Assembly (NCBI GenBank): GCA_963674945.2
Contig: CAXXWQ010000003.1
Span: 1,632,001-1,696,000, forward strand
Direction: 5' to 3'
Source of the DNA: an uncultured Desulfosarcina sp.
Lineage (GTDB): Bacteria; Desulfobacterota; Desulfobacteria; Desulfobacterales; Desulfosarcinaceae
Length of the DNA: 64,000 nt
Shown here one piece after another: positions 1 to 10,463 of this stretch. Under the pieces are notes generated by a model, which had not been told where the DNA came from, did not search any database, and was given only the letters and a program-made list of their open reading frames with translations. A program made the position numbers and the translations under genes. Numbering within the stretch: the first letter of the stretch is position 1; each line of letters opens with the position of its first letter.

Positions 1-232
1 TTTCGTACCCGGAACAAAGCAGCCGTTTCATGCAAAGTTCGGGAGACGTCTGCAGAAACCATGACCCCGACTCCTGGGCATCGATATGGAGTTCGGGTGC
101 CGGTGCGGGGATACGAATCGGTGTCTCAACCTCCAGAAATCCCTGGTCCGAGAAAAAAGCCCGAATGGTTTCGATCATCCGGGCCCTTTTCCTTAAATGA
201 AACAGACTGGCGCTATGCGGAGAAAATCCCAT
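1..232 (-). CDS. epmA: EF-P lysine (beta-lysyl) ligase EpmA/GenX, N-terminal part; runs off the window edge and is absent from the ORF track
   Basis: Manual minus-strand translation from ATG at 232: MGFSPHSASLFHLRKRARMIETIRAFFSDQGFLEVETPIRIPAPAPELHIDAQESGSWFLQTSPELCMKRLLCSGYE. It has class II LysRS-like motif 1 (FLEVETP) and LQTSPELxMKRLL with no anticodon-binding domain. Confidence 0.9.
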   Translation of the reverse strand, partial: MGFSPHSASLFHLRKRARMIETIRAFFSDQGFLEVETPIRIPAPAPELHIDAQESGSWFLQTSPELCMKRLLCSGYE

Positions 233-244
233 GAGTCTTTGATA

Positions 245-1567
245 TCAGGCAGGTCCTGCTTTCTCCTCGATGATGTCCGAGACGCGATCCTGGAGATACA
301 CCTTATGGTATTGATCCAAATCGGCCTCCTCATACCAGTTTCGTCCCTGTTCCCTGCAGGCCGGACAAGCATTTCTAGGGATGTGAACGGCTAGAATGTG
401 CTTCATTCGCTGGGCGAAGGAATCGATCCGCAGGGCACCTCCGCATGCTTCACACACCCGGATCGTCTCCTGCTGGTGTTCACTGATGTTGTCCGTATCG
501 TAGTAAATGTAACGATTGCGTTTCAAAAAGTCGTGACCTTTTCGGGTGAGTTCTCCCAGTTTCTGTCTCGAGTCCCATATCTCCATCACCTTCTCACAGG
601 TCTTCTCTACAATCGACGTCACCTGCGGCGACTGGCGAATCCTGACGGGATCGTAATCCGGCTCTTTGAGATGACTGTAGTCCATTCCTGCCATGGCCAG
701 GATAATGCCGGTATTGACATATGGAAGCGCCCCTTCTATGGCATACCCCCCCTCGAGGACTGCGATGTCGGCTTTGAGTAAGGAGGTGAGTTCCGCATAT
801 CCCTGGGCCGAGAAGTTCATGTTGGTGATGGGGTCCGAGTAGTGGTTGTCCTGCCCGGCGGAGTTGATGACGATTTCCGGTTTGAACGCATCCAAAATGG
901 GAAGCACCGCATTTCGAATCACATGCAGAACCCCCTCTTCCGAAGTGTAAGGAGGCAATGGGATATTGATGGTGGACCCCACGGCATTGGGCCCGCCCAG
1001 TTCGTCGATCGCCCCGGAACCGGGGTACAGGGTTCGACCATCCTGGTGGATGGAGATGAACAAGGTGTCCGGATCATGCCAGTAGATGTCCTGTGTACCG
1101 TCGCCGTGATGACAGTCTGTGTCCACGATGGCGACGCGATTGACGCCGTAGGCCCTTCGAATATACTCGATCATGATGGCTTCGATATTGACGTTGCAAA
1201 ACCCCCTGGCCCCGTGGACTACCCGGTTGGCGTGGTGTCCGGGGGGACGAACCAGCGCGAATCCGTGTTTTACCTGCTTGTCCATCACCGCCATGGCGAT
1301 GGTTTTTGCCCCACCGGCACTGATGAAATGGGATTCCGTCATGACGGCCCAAAGGTCCGGAACGCAAAAGTGAACCCGTTGAACATCCTTTTTGGTGACC
1401 AGATCGGGTTTGTACTCCACCAGACCTTCCACGTCGAGAAGTCCCTCTTCGAATACCTGATCCTGTGTGTAGAGCAAGCGTTCTTCCCGCTCCGGATGGG
1501 TGGGGCTGATCGCCCAGTCAAAAGCGGGAAAGAAGACCAGGCCCATTTTATTCTTTGCACGCAGCAT
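245..1567 (-). CDS. Histone deacetylase family (AcuC/HdaH-like) Zn-dependent deacylase
   Basis: Motifs HPE, RPPGHH, GFC, DxDxHHGDGT, SAGQD and LEGGY; C-terminal CxxC...CxxC. Confidence 0.92.
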   Translation of the reverse strand: MLRAKNKMGLVFFPAFDWAISPTHPEREERLLYTQDQVFEEGLLDVEGLVEYKPDLVTKKDVQRVHFCVPDLWAVMTESHFISAGGAKTIAMAVMDKQVKHGFALVRPPGHHANRVVHGARGFCNVNIEAIMIEYIRRAYGVNRVAIVDTDCHHGDGTQDIYWHDPDTLFISIHQDGRTLYPGSGAIDELGGPNAVGSTINIPLPPYTSEEGVLHVIRNAVLPILDAFKPEIVINSAGQDNHYSDPITNMNFSAQGYAELTSLLKADIAVLEGGYAIEGALPYVNTGIILAMAGMDYSHLKEPDYDPVRIRQSPQVTSIVEKTCEKVMEIWDSRQKLGELTRKGHDFLKRNRYIYYDTDNISEHQQETIRVCEACGGALRIDSFAQRMKHILAVHIPRNACPACREQGRNWYEEADLDQYHKVYLQDRVSDIIEEKAGPA

Positions 1568-1596
1568 GATAATCGGCTCCGATGATTGGTTCGAGA

Positions 1597-3291
1597 TTAC
1601 ACCGGATCTTCATCCATGAGCTTTTCCACGATAGTATCGTACCCATGGATCAATCCTGGTTTGACCTGTGCCTGAATACGGATATTTTTTCCCGTGGTAC
1701 GAAATCCACGAACCATATTAAAAGAGAAGGCTTCGACGACCTCCAGTTCCAGGTGGTCGGGGTTCGCCCCACGGGCGATGGCCTTTTTGCGAAGAAGTTC
1801 CAACGTGGTCCGGATGGCATCGTCTTTCGTATAATTGACTGGGATGCTCGATCGAAAATTCTCTTCAGGTGCGGTGGCGATCTGTTTCTGTGTGTCGGCG
1901 AGGAAAACCACTTCGCTGGTGGTCCGCGCCAAACCGGCGCCGATGGCATTGGCCACACCCCAGCGGGGAATCACCTCCACGCGGCTGTCGCTGACACGGG
2001 AAAGCCCCTTGGCAAACCAGGGAGCCGGCCCGCCCAACACCAGGATATGACGGGGTTCCAATCGATGGCCTTCCCACACCTCGTGGACCGTATAGACGGG
2101 TTTGGCATTGACCTGATCGACCATGGATTGGGCCTCTTCCAGGATGGTCCGGCAGGTCTGGTCGAAAATCTGCTGTGCGGCATCCTGTACTCGAATCCCG
2201 AGCGCCTCGGCAACTTGTCCGATTCCCGACCGGGCCCTCTCCACATCGCCTCCTTGCCCGTCTCCCAAAACGAAGATGGCATCGGTAGGTGTCGGTACTG
2301 TTCCACCGAAAGCCATGGCATTGCCCTGTCGATCCGGGCCGATCAGAATCCTGCCGCCTTTCACCCGAACATGACTGTCGCCGCCGATACCGATGGAGAC
2401 TGTCGTCAGGGCACGAATCAGCGTTTTATGGTCACCGATCTGGATTCCCATGGGATCGAGCAGGGGGACGCCGTTGACGAGGATGGCCATGTCCGTGGTG
2501 GTGCCACCGATATCCAGCACCAGGCAGGTATCCTCTTTGGGTGCGAAGGCAACGGATCCCATGACACTGGCAGCGGGTCCGGACAAAACCGTTTGGGCAG
2601 GATATTCAATGGATGCGTCGAAGCGAACGTTACCGCCATCGGGTTTGAGGATGCGAATGGGTACACTCAGTCCCTTTTGGGTCAAGGAGTCGTTTACGGC
2701 TTCGAAAAACTTCTTGTGGATCGGATAGACCGATGCGTTGAGGAAGGTGGTGGCGATTCGCCGCGGGAAATTGAGCCCGCCCGAGACCCGATGCCCCATG
2801 AAAACCTTGTTGAACCGATCCCTGATGAGGTTACAGATTGCAACCTCGTGATCGGGGTTGCGGACGGAAAATTTGGTGACCACCCCCACATGTTGAATTC
2901 CTTCGGCCTGAAACGTCTCGGCCACCTTGATCACCTCATCGGCGTCGATGGGCGAAATCTCATTGCCTCGATGGTCGATGGCCCCGGCGACCACTTGATA
3001 ATGAGGCCCCGTGCGGAACAATTCAGGGTCCATTCCGGGCCCGGCTGCGACGATCATGCCCACATCCGGAATCCGCTTTTGCACGATTCGGTTGGTCGTC
3101 AGGGTGGTAGAAAGCACCGCACGTTGGATCTTTGCGGGATCCACACCATCGAGAATCTTTTCCAAACCGGACAATACGGAATGAAAAAGGTCCGCAGCAT
3201 CAGTCGGCACCTTAACCTGCCGCACCAATCCGCCTTGTCCGAGAAGGATCACATCCGTATGTGTACCGCCTACGTCCAGCCCGATAATCAT
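1597..3291 (-). CDS. Hydantoinase/oxoprolinase family (HyuA-like) ASKHA ATPase
   Basis: IGLDVGGTHTD, SGPAAS, LDIGGTTTD, IGIGGDS, PTPTDA and ANAIGA motifs. Confidence 0.9.
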   Translation of the reverse strand: MIIGLDVGGTHTDVILLGQGGLVRQVKVPTDAADLFHSVLSGLEKILDGVDPAKIQRAVLSTTLTTNRIVQKRIPDVGMIVAAGPGMDPELFRTGPHYQVVAGAIDHRGNEISPIDADEVIKVAETFQAEGIQHVGVVTKFSVRNPDHEVAICNLIRDRFNKVFMGHRVSGGLNFPRRIATTFLNASVYPIHKKFFEAVNDSLTQKGLSVPIRILKPDGGNVRFDASIEYPAQTVLSGPAASVMGSVAFAPKEDTCLVLDIGGTTTDMAILVNGVPLLDPMGIQIGDHKTLIRALTTVSIGIGGDSHVRVKGGRILIGPDRQGNAMAFGGTVPTPTDAIFVLGDGQGGDVERARSGIGQVAEALGIRVQDAAQQIFDQTCRTILEEAQSMVDQVNAKPVYTVHEVWEGHRLEPRHILVLGGPAPWFAKGLSRVSDSRVEVIPRWGVANAIGAGLARTTSEVVFLADTQKQIATAPEENFRSSIPVNYTKDDAIRTTLELLRKKAIARGANPDHLELEVVEAFSFNMVRGFRTTGKNIRIQAQVKPGLIHGYDTIVEKLMDEDPV

Positions 3292-3519
3292 GGCACCGTC
3301 CTATGGGGTGGAAAGGGATTATCTTTGCACCTTATTATAGTACGAAAAAGTCGGTTCAGGGTATCCAAAATTGCAGGTTGTGTCAACAAGGCACCCGCTT
3401 GCGTGTACGACAATTCCAGTTGGATCCTGCAGTTTTCGAATTGCGGCCTATTGCCGCAATTTGGAGGTTTTAAAAGGGATGGACGAAGGATTCGTGTCGA
3501 GGGACGGTTCAGACAATCC

Positions 3520-4008
3520 TTATCGGCAATATAGGCGTAGCCGCCCGATACCGCGACGTCGCGAAGATGCCCCGGAGTATCAACCGATCCAATCACCCCG
3601 GACAGCATCGTAATGGAAAACGATACGAGGCTGTCACCCTCATGAACGGCCTGGATGCAGGAGAGAACCGAATCCCACCCCTGACGCAAATGGTCTTTCT
3701 GGAATAACGGATCCCATGAAGAAAGATCCCGATGATCGATCCGCCCGTCGCCGTCGATATCGGTAGAGAGCAACAAACGGGCACACCGGTCCATCTCGTC
3801 GACGATGGATTGAACCGATTGGCCAATCAGTAATCGATAGCCCACCTGGTTGTACACCAGTTCGGTAAGGACGTTGACCGTAACGTTCCCCTGCTTTAGT
3901 TCGGCACCCGTTGCCACCAGCCGGATAAGGCCGCGGTTTTCGGTTGCCGCGTCGTCGATGACCCCGTCGTCGTCGGCATCGATGTCGTCTCCTTTTATAC
4001 TGGGTTTT
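3520..4008 (-). pseudogene. Internal fragment of a secreted LVIVD-repeat / DxDxDG Ca-binding protein
   Basis: Frame reads DIDADDDGVID...DIDGDGRID...IGSVDTPGHLRDVAVSGGYAYIAD (one LVIVD-like repeat), then runs into non-coding-looking sequence. In-frame stop near 4010, no signal peptide or credible start. Confidence 0.6.
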
Positions 4009-4164
4009 TATAGGAACATATCGTCAGATGTCAATGACTTCAGCATAATGGTGTTGACTATCCATGGAGAACTGGGATAAAAGTGTAGGTTTTCATGAGT
4101 CGATTGCAAGCGGGGCAAATCCCGAAAAAAGGGTTCAAAAGGGATATGGCCGGAAGGTGAGTGA

Positions 4165-5448
4165 ATGATGGGCGCGGCAAATATACAATTGATCAGGGGA
4201 TTTAAGGACATCCTGCCGAACGAGACAGGATTGTGGCAGCACATCGAACGCACCGCCATCGGCATGTTCGAGGATTTCGGCTACCGGGAAATTCGTATTC
4301 CCATCATGGAAAAGACCGACCTGTTTGCCCGGAGCATCGGTGAAGACACCGACATCGTGGAAAAGGAGATGTACACCTTTGCCGACCGCAAAGGCGAGAT
4401 GTTGACCCTTCGGCCCGAGGCCACCGCCTGCATCTGCCGATCCTATATCCAGCACAAAATGTATGCCCAGGACCCCATCCAGAAATTTTACACCATCGGT
4501 CCCATGTTCCGCAGAGAGCGCCCCCAGAAGGGACGCTATCGCCAGTTCTATCAAATCGATGCGGAAATTTTCGGCATCGCATCCCCTTTTGCGGATGTGG
4601 AGCTGATCTTTTTGCTGCACACCCTGTTTGACCGCCTGAAGGTCGTCGACACCACCGCACACGTCAATTCCCTGGGCTGTCCCGATTGCCGCCCCCAGTA
4701 TAAAAAGGCCCTGTCGGGCCTGCTGGACGAAGCGGCACCGTCCCTTTGCAGCGATTGTGCCCGAAGAAAGGATCGAAACCCGCTTCGCGTGCTCGACTGC
4801 AAGGTACCCGGCTGCCGGGAGGCCATGGCCAACGCCCCGTCCATCATCGACCACCTGTGTCCGGCATGCAAGGCCCATTTCGACACGGTCACCCAGGGGC
4901 TGACCGATCTTGGCGTACCCTTTTCCGTAGACAAACAGCTGGTTCGCGGCCTGGACTACTACACCCGGACCGCCTTCGAGATACAGACCGGTGCCTTGGG
5001 TGCCCAGAGCGCCGTTGCAGGGGGAGGTCGATACGATGGCTTGATCCAAGTCCTCGGTGGCCCGAAGGTACCGGCCATCGGATTTGCCATCGGGTTTGAC
5101 CGCCTTACGGAAATCGTTTCCCAAAGTACCACCATCGCGTCTCGAAAACCCGATCTGTTCATCGCCGCCCTGGGTGAATCGGCCCGACGAAAGGCTTTCG
5201 AATGGATGACGGCGCTGTGCCGCAATGGCATCGACACGACCTTTGAATATGAGGAAAAAAGCCTGAAGGCACAGATGAAACGGGCCAATCGCCTTGGTGT
5301 GATGCATGTACTCATCCTAGGCGAAAACGAACTGGCGGAAAAAACGGCGATTCTCCGTGACATGGTCACCCAGGACCAGCAGGAAATCCCCATGGCGGAC
5401 ATGATCGATACCATAACCGACCTTTTCTCCAAACCGGGCGCCGCATGA
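4165..5448 (+). CDS. hisS: Histidine--tRNA ligase
   Basis: RGFKD, KEMYTF, LRPEAT, MFRRERPQKGRYRQF, LVRGLDYY and GGGRYDGL motifs. Confidence 0.98.
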   Translation: MMGAANIQLIRGFKDILPNETGLWQHIERTAIGMFEDFGYREIRIPIMEKTDLFARSIGEDTDIVEKEMYTFADRKGEMLTLRPEATACICRSYIQHKMYAQDPIQKFYTIGPMFRRERPQKGRYRQFYQIDAEIFGIASPFADVELIFLLHTLFDRLKVVDTTAHVNSLGCPDCRPQYKKALSGLLDEAAPSLCSDCARRKDRNPLRVLDCKVPGCREAMANAPSIIDHLCPACKAHFDTVTQGLTDLGVPFSVDKQLVRGLDYYTRTAFEIQTGALGAQSAVAGGGRYDGLIQVLGGPKVPAIGFAIGFDRLTEIVSQSTTIASRKPDLFIAALGESARRKAFEWMTALCRNGIDTTFEYEEKSLKAQMKRANRLGVMHVLILGENELAEKTAILRDMVTQDQQEIPMADMIDTITDLFSKPGAA

Positions 5449-5487
5449 GGCGATGCCGGGAATGATCGAATTCGAAAGGAGTTTCCA

Positions 5488-7299
5488 TTGGCTGATATTC
5501 TCGGCGACATGAGAAGAACCCATCACTTAAACACCCTGAATGCAAAAAACGTTGGCGAAACCGTCATTCTGATGGGTTGGGTCCTGCGGCGGCGGGATCA
5601 TGGAGGGGTGATTTTTGTTGATTTGCGGGACCGGGAGGGAATCACCCAGGTGGTATTCAATCCGGAAGTCAACCAGGAAGTACACGCCAAAGCCCACGTT
5701 ATCCGCAACGAATACGTCCTCGGCGTACGCGGCCGCGTGGCGCCTCGCCCGGAAGGGATGGTCAACCCCAAGCTTCCCACCGGCGAGATCGAGGTATTGG
5801 TGGACGAGTTGAAAATACTCAACCCGGCCACTACGCCACCTTTCATGATCGAGGACAATGTGGATGTTTCCGAGGCCATTCGGTTGAAAAACCGGCACCT
5901 GGACCTTCGTCGTCCCACCTTGCAGCGAAACATCATCATGCGGCACAAAATCGGTGCGGCGGTCCGTAATTTTCTCAATGACAATGGTTTTTTGGACATC
6001 GAGACACCGGTTCTGACCCGCAGCACGCCGGAAGGTGCGCGTGACTATCTGGTGCCCAGCCGGGTCAACGCAGGCCAGTTTTACGCCCTGCCCCAGTCAC
6101 CGCAATTGTTCAAGCAACTTCTCATGGTCTCGGGTTTCGATCGCTACTACCAGATCGTCAAGTGCTTTCGGGACGAAGATCTGCGGGCCGACCGCCAGCC
6201 GGAATTCACTCAGATCGATATGGAGATGTCTTTCGTGGGCGAAGAAGACATCATGGAGATCGGCGAGAAAATGATGGCCGACCTCTTCGAAACGGTGATG
6301 GACCAGTCCCTGTCCCTCCCATTCCCCCGGCTGACCTACGCCGAGGCCATGGATCGATACGGTCTGGACAAACCGGACACCCGCTTCGGACTGGAACTTG
6401 CGGAGGTCTCGGACATCGTCGAGAAGAGCGGTTTCAAGGTGTTTGCCAGCGTAGTCAAAAAGGGCGGTATCGTAAAGGCCCTGAACGCCAAGGGCTGTAT
6501 CGACTTCTCACGAAAAGAGATCGACGACCTGACCGACTTCGTTGCCGTTTACCGTGCCAAGGGTCTGGCCTGGATCAAAGTGCGTGAGGATTCCTGGCAG
6601 TCTCCCATCGCCAAATTCTTCACCGATGAGGAAAAGGAACAGTTGGCCGAGCGAATCGACATGGAACCGGGAGACCTGGTCTTCTTCGTGGCAGACCAGC
6701 CCAAAGTCACCAACGAAGCGTTGGGCCACCTGCGCAACCATCTGGGCAAAAAACTGGGGCTCATCGATGAGCGTCAATTCAACTTCGTCTGGGTGACCCA
6801 TTTTCCCATGTTCGAGTACGACGAGGTGGAAAAACGGTATCAGGCACTGCACCATCCCTTCACGGCCCCATTGGAGGAAGACTACGAAAAACTGGCGTCT
6901 GATCCTGAGTCCGTTCGATCCCGCGCCTATGACATCGTGCTGAACGGATTCGAGGTTGGCGGCGGCAGCATCCGTATTCACGACATGGAGCTGCAAAAAC
7001 GGGTCTTTTCCGCGCTGGGAATGGCGCCCGACACCTACCAGGAAAAATTCGGATTTCTTCTCGATGCCCTCGAATCCGGCGCCCCCCCCCATGGTGGCAT
7101 CGCCTTCGGATTCGACCGGCTTGTGATGCTCCTTTGCGGCGAGCCCTCCATTCGGGACGTCATCGCCTTTCCCAAAACCCAACGGGCCGCCTGCCTGCTC
7201 ACCAATGCACCATCCGAAGCGGCCAAGGAGCAGTTGGACGAACTCTCTCTTCGGCTGAAGCTGACCGTTTCCGAAACACAGGAAAAAAAGGAAGCATGA
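5488..7299 (+). CDS. aspS: Aspartate--tRNA ligase, probably non-discriminating (Asp/Asn)
   Basis: [40 protein letters not shown] and GAPPHGG motifs; TTG start with AAGGAG RBS. Confidence 0.98.
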   Translation: MADILGDMRRTHHLNTLNAKNVGETVILMGWVLRRRDHGGVIFVDLRDREGITQVVFNPEVNQEVHAKAHVIRNEYVLGVRGRVAPRPEGMVNPKLPTGEIEVLVDELKILNPATTPPFMIEDNVDVSEAIRLKNRHLDLRRPTLQRNIIMRHKIGAAVRNFLNDNGFLDIETPVLTRSTPEGARDYLVPSRVNAGQFYALPQSPQLFKQLLMVSGFDRYYQIVKCFRDEDLRADRQPEFTQIDMEMSFVGEEDIMEIGEKMMADLFETVMDQSLSLPFPRLTYAEAMDRYGLDKPDTRFGLELAEVSDIVEKSGFKVFASVVKKGGIVKALNAKGCIDFSRKEIDDLTDFVAVYRAKGLAWIKVREDSWQSPIAKFFTDEEKEQLAERIDMEPGDLVFFVADQPKVTNEALGHLRNHLGKKLGLIDERQFNFVWVTHFPMFEYDEVEKRYQALHHPFTAPLEEDYEKLASDPESVRSRAYDIVLNGFEVGGGSIRIHDMELQKRVFSALGMAPDTYQEKFGFLLDALESGAPPHGGIAFGFDRLVMLLCGEPSIRDVIAFPKTQRAACLLTNAPSEAAKEQLDELSLRLKLTVSETQEKKEA

Positions 7300-7343
7300 G
7301 GAAAAAATCTTCTAACGCACTTCAAGAAAACGGAGGAAACCCC

Positions 7344-7934
7344 ATGACAAGACGCATGAAATGGATGATTGCGGCGGCCCTGTTCATCCTGACCTTCGGT
7401 GGATGCGGTTACAACGCCTTGCAGCAGATGGAGGAACAGGTATTCAAGGCCTGGTCCGATGTGGAAAGCAATTTGCAGCGCCGTGCCGACCTCATTCCCA
7501 ACCTCGTTGCCACCGTCAAGGGGTATGCCTCCCATGAAAAAGAGACGCTGGAAGCGGTGGTCAATGCGAGGGCCAAAGCCACCAGTGTTCAGCTTTCCGC
7601 CAATGATCTGGGCAATGCCCAGGCCATGCAGCAGTTGGCGGATGCCCAGGGAGGGCTTTCGTCCGCCCTATCCCGCCTGATGGTGGTGGTGGAGCGCTAC
7701 CCGGAACTCAAGGCCAACCAGAATTTTTTGGATCTGCAAAACCAGTTGGAAGGTACGGAGAATCGGATCAATGTGGCCCGCCAACGCTACAACCAGGCGG
7801 TTCAGGAGTTCAATGGAAAGATTCGCAGTTTTCCGTACAGCCTCACCAACAGCCTCTTGCTCAAACTGGATCGAAAAGAGTATTTCAAGGCAGAGGCAGG
7901 TGCCACCCAGGCACCAAAAATCAGTTTTGAATAG
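7344..7934 (+). CDS. lemA: LemA family lipoprotein
   Basis: Lipobox-like [44 protein letters not shown] before ATG 7344. Confidence 0.93.
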   Translation: MTRRMKWMIAAALFILTFGGCGYNALQQMEEQVFKAWSDVESNLQRRADLIPNLVATVKGYASHEKETLEAVVNARAKATSVQLSANDLGNAQAMQQLADAQGGLSSALSRLMVVVERYPELKANQNFLDLQNQLEGTENRINVARQRYNQAVQEFNGKIRSFPYSLTNSLLLKLDRKEYFKAEAGATQAPKISFE

Positions 7935-7939
7935 GGGCC

Positions 7940-8920
7940 ATGGACATGGACGATCGCCTGCACATCGGTCACAAAGGACATCCTTCCCACATGGCTGCAA
8001 GGCTTCTTCTCATCGGAAACGCGAATCAAAGGGTCGCCAAACGAGCGAAAATCGTCAATATCCTTTTTATGGTTTCACTGGTGACGACGATACTTGCCGC
8101 CCCGGCATTTTCCCTGGAGGTCCCCCGGCTCACCGGCCATGTCAACGACTATGCCGGCATGCTCAGCACGGCGGCCAAACACCAGTTGGAGGCAGCGCTC
8201 AAAGATTTTGCCCAAAAGGAGTCCACCCAGATCGTCGTGCTGACCATCCCGTCGTTGAAGGGGGATGCCCTGGAGGACTTTTCCATCCGTGTGGCCGAGG
8301 CCTGGAAGATCGGACAAGAAGGGTTGGACAATGGGGCGATTTTATTGATCGCCAAAAACGACCGGAAGATACGAATCGAAGTGGGATACGGGTTGGAGGG
8401 GCGTCTAACGGACCTTCTCGCCGGTCGTATCATCCGAAACGAGATCGCGCCCTACTTCAAGCGGGGACAGTTTGATCAGGGCATCGTGGCGGGGGTTGCC
8501 GCCATGGTCGGTGCGGTCCGCGGCGAATACACTTCGGCTACGCCCGTGAAAAAGGACAAACCGAACAAGCAAGGTGTTCCCGTCTTCGCGCTCATCGGCC
8601 TCTTTTTCCTGATCAATGCATTGGGCCGCGCCAGTCGTGTGATGGGAGCTGCCACCGGGGCGGTATTGTTTCCCATTGCAGGCGCACTCTTCTTCGGCTT
8701 GAAACCGCTCCTCCTGCTGGTACTGGTTCCCGTCGGTCTGGTGGCCGGTCTTTTTATCGGCCTGATGGGTGGACCGCTGGCGGGTCGCGGCACCACAATT
8801 CGTCGCGGCGGTTACTGGGGCGGCGGTATGGGCGGTGGCGGTTCCTTTTCGGGCGGATTCGGCGGCTTTTCTGGTGGTGGCGGCGGCTTCGGTGGCGGCG
8901 GTGCCTCCGGCGGATGGTAA
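7940..8920 (+). CDS. TPM-domain (YgcG-like) membrane protein with Gly-rich tail; start uncertain
   Basis: VNDYAGML, QIVVLTIPSL, RIEVGYGLEG and tail GGGGGFGGGGASGGW; follows lemA as is typical. Confidence 0.88.
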   Translation: MDMDDRLHIGHKGHPSHMAARLLLIGNANQRVAKRAKIVNILFMVSLVTTILAAPAFSLEVPRLTGHVNDYAGMLSTAAKHQLEAALKDFAQKESTQIVVLTIPSLKGDALEDFSIRVAEAWKIGQEGLDNGAILLIAKNDRKIRIEVGYGLEGRLTDLLAGRIIRNEIAPYFKRGQFDQGIVAGVAAMVGAVRGEYTSATPVKKDKPNKQGVPVFALIGLFFLINALGRASRVMGAATGAVLFPIAGALFFGLKPLLLLVLVPVGLVAGLFIGLMGGPLAGRGTTIRRGGYWGGGMGGGGSFSGGFGGFSGGGGGFGGGGASGGW

Positions 8921-8980
8921 AAAGCTTTTCCAGGCCAAATGTGGCCTAACAGCCACATGCAGGAATCTCGTTTTTATCTG
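8918..8980 (+). repeat. Intergenic repeat family 1, copy A (partial)
   Basis: TAAAAAGCTTTTCCAGGCCAAATGTGGCC... aligns by eye with the copy starting at 37210; it begins at the stop codon of the TPM gene. Confidence 0.8.
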
Positions 8981-9032
8981 TTCGTTAACAATCGAATCCC
9001 GAAAATTGAGTTGGTGACAAAAGGGTTAATCC

Positions 9033-9689
9033 ATGAAGCAACTGGTGGAAAAATTTCTGTCAAAGAAAGACCGGGCACGCATTGAGGCCGTCGTCTCTGA
9101 GGCCGAGAAGAAGACAGCCGGAGAAATCGTCTGCATGGTCGTCCCATCGAGCTACCATTACCCCACGGCGGACATTTTGGGGGCGTGTGCCACAACCTTG
9201 CCGCTGTCAATTGTCGGAACCTATGTTATCGGCGGCCGGCTGTGGCTCGGCACCCAGAACATGTGGCTTTTCATGGGACTTTTCGCCATCGGCTTCATAT
9301 TGTTTCACTGGCTGGTCAGACGCTTGCCCGCTTTCAAACGGCAATTCGTTTCCCGACGGGAGATCGACGAGGAAGTGGAGGAAGCTGCCATCAACGGTTT
9401 CTTCCGGCAGGGCCTCTACCGGACCCGTGACGCCAACGGCGTTTTGTTGTTTATCTCCGTTTTCGAACACAAGGTTTGGCTTCTGGCGGACAAAGGAATT
9501 CATGAAAAGGTCCCTTCCAATGAATGGGACGATCTGGTCGGCCGTATCACGAAAGGTATCCGGAAGGGGAAGGGGGCCGACGCCATCTGTGATGCCATCG
9601 GCCATATCGGAGACCTCTTGCAGGCCCATTTTCCCATCAAACCCGATGATACCGACGAACTTGCCAATTTGATCATCGAGGGTGAGTGA
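9033..9689 (+). CDS. TPM-domain protein, second member of the lemA cluster
   Basis: AEKKTAGEIV, TRDANGVLLFIS, LADKGI and HFP...DELAN motifs. Confidence 0.85.
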   Translation: MKQLVEKFLSKKDRARIEAVVSEAEKKTAGEIVCMVVPSSYHYPTADILGACATTLPLSIVGTYVIGGRLWLGTQNMWLFMGLFAIGFILFHWLVRRLPAFKRQFVSRREIDEEVEEAAINGFFRQGLYRTRDANGVLLFISVFEHKVWLLADKGIHEKVPSNEWDDLVGRITKGIRKGKGADAICDAIGHIGDLLQAHFPIKPDDTDELANLIIEGE

Positions 9690-9796
9690 AGACCAGAAGA
9701 TGTTCGAGCGATCCACGATCACCAGATAACGGTATCGCCGGCACCCCTTCTGGAATTACAGGGACAGCGATGAGACGACCAACTCAGGTATGCGCG

Positions 9797-10381
9797 TCAT
9801 TCCTGAACATCCTGGACCGTAATTAGTTTTTTGACCAAGTGATTGTGTATTGCCGACAGGTTGATCAGGCGCACGAACGGATCGTTGTAGATGGCCGTTG
9901 CATCCGACGGCCCGGCGCACAGCACCGTCTCCTCGATGGCTTCCATGGTTCGATGGCCGGACGCCGGTGTGGCGATTCGCGTATCCACGGTTTTTCGAAT
10001 CAGATAGCGATAGCCCGTCGCCTGTCTGCCATTGGATTGGGAAATCGGGCAAAAGAAGATGAGGTATCGGCTGCCCCCCTCCCCTTGCGGGAATTCCTGC
10101 ACGCCATCGACGTTCAGTTTCATGAAACCGTTTTTTTTCAACCATCCGGAAAGATCCGAAAGTACCGTTTGGCTCTCCAAAACGGATAGTTTCAAGTGGC
10201 CCACCAGATAACCGCCCAGGAAAACCGTAAACAGGTCCTTGAATGTATACTGCCGCGCGTATCCCGATTGCATGCCACCCAAGGGATCGGGGGGCAAAAA
10301 GGATCGTGACCACCGTTTCCAACGGGCCAGATTGATTCCCAGCAGATGGGAAAGTTCACGATTTGTATAGTAATGTATCAT
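9797..10381 (-). CDS. Hypothetical protein with N-terminal MerR-like helix-turn-helix
   Basis: YTNRELSHLLGINLARWKRW...GYARQYT resembles a MerR-type HTH plus wing. Confidence 0.6.
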   Translation of the reverse strand: MIHYYTNRELSHLLGINLARWKRWSRSFLPPDPLGGMQSGYARQYTFKDLFTVFLGGYLVGHLKLSVLESQTVLSDLSGWLKKNGFMKLNVDGVQEFPQGEGGSRYLIFFCPISQSNGRQATGYRYLIRKTVDTRIATPASGHRTMEAIEETVLCAGPSDATAIYNDPFVRLINLSAIHNHLVKKLITVQDVQE

Positions 10382-10463
10382 ATTGACACTTCTATCAACT
10401 CATCCCCATTTTTTCAATCCTCACCCTGCCCGCAAACGCAGAGGGTGCGGCATGTTGCGCCGG

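Noticed and set aside
1582..3534. 650-aa plus-strand ORF and other long antisense ORFs (e.g. 4135-5307, 16144-17349)
   Set aside because: Shadow frames opposite well-supported genes in GC-rich DNA, with no recognisable motifs.
8810..8917. GGC-rich tandem repeat
   Set aside because: Encodes the usual Gly-rich tail of TPM/YgcG proteins.
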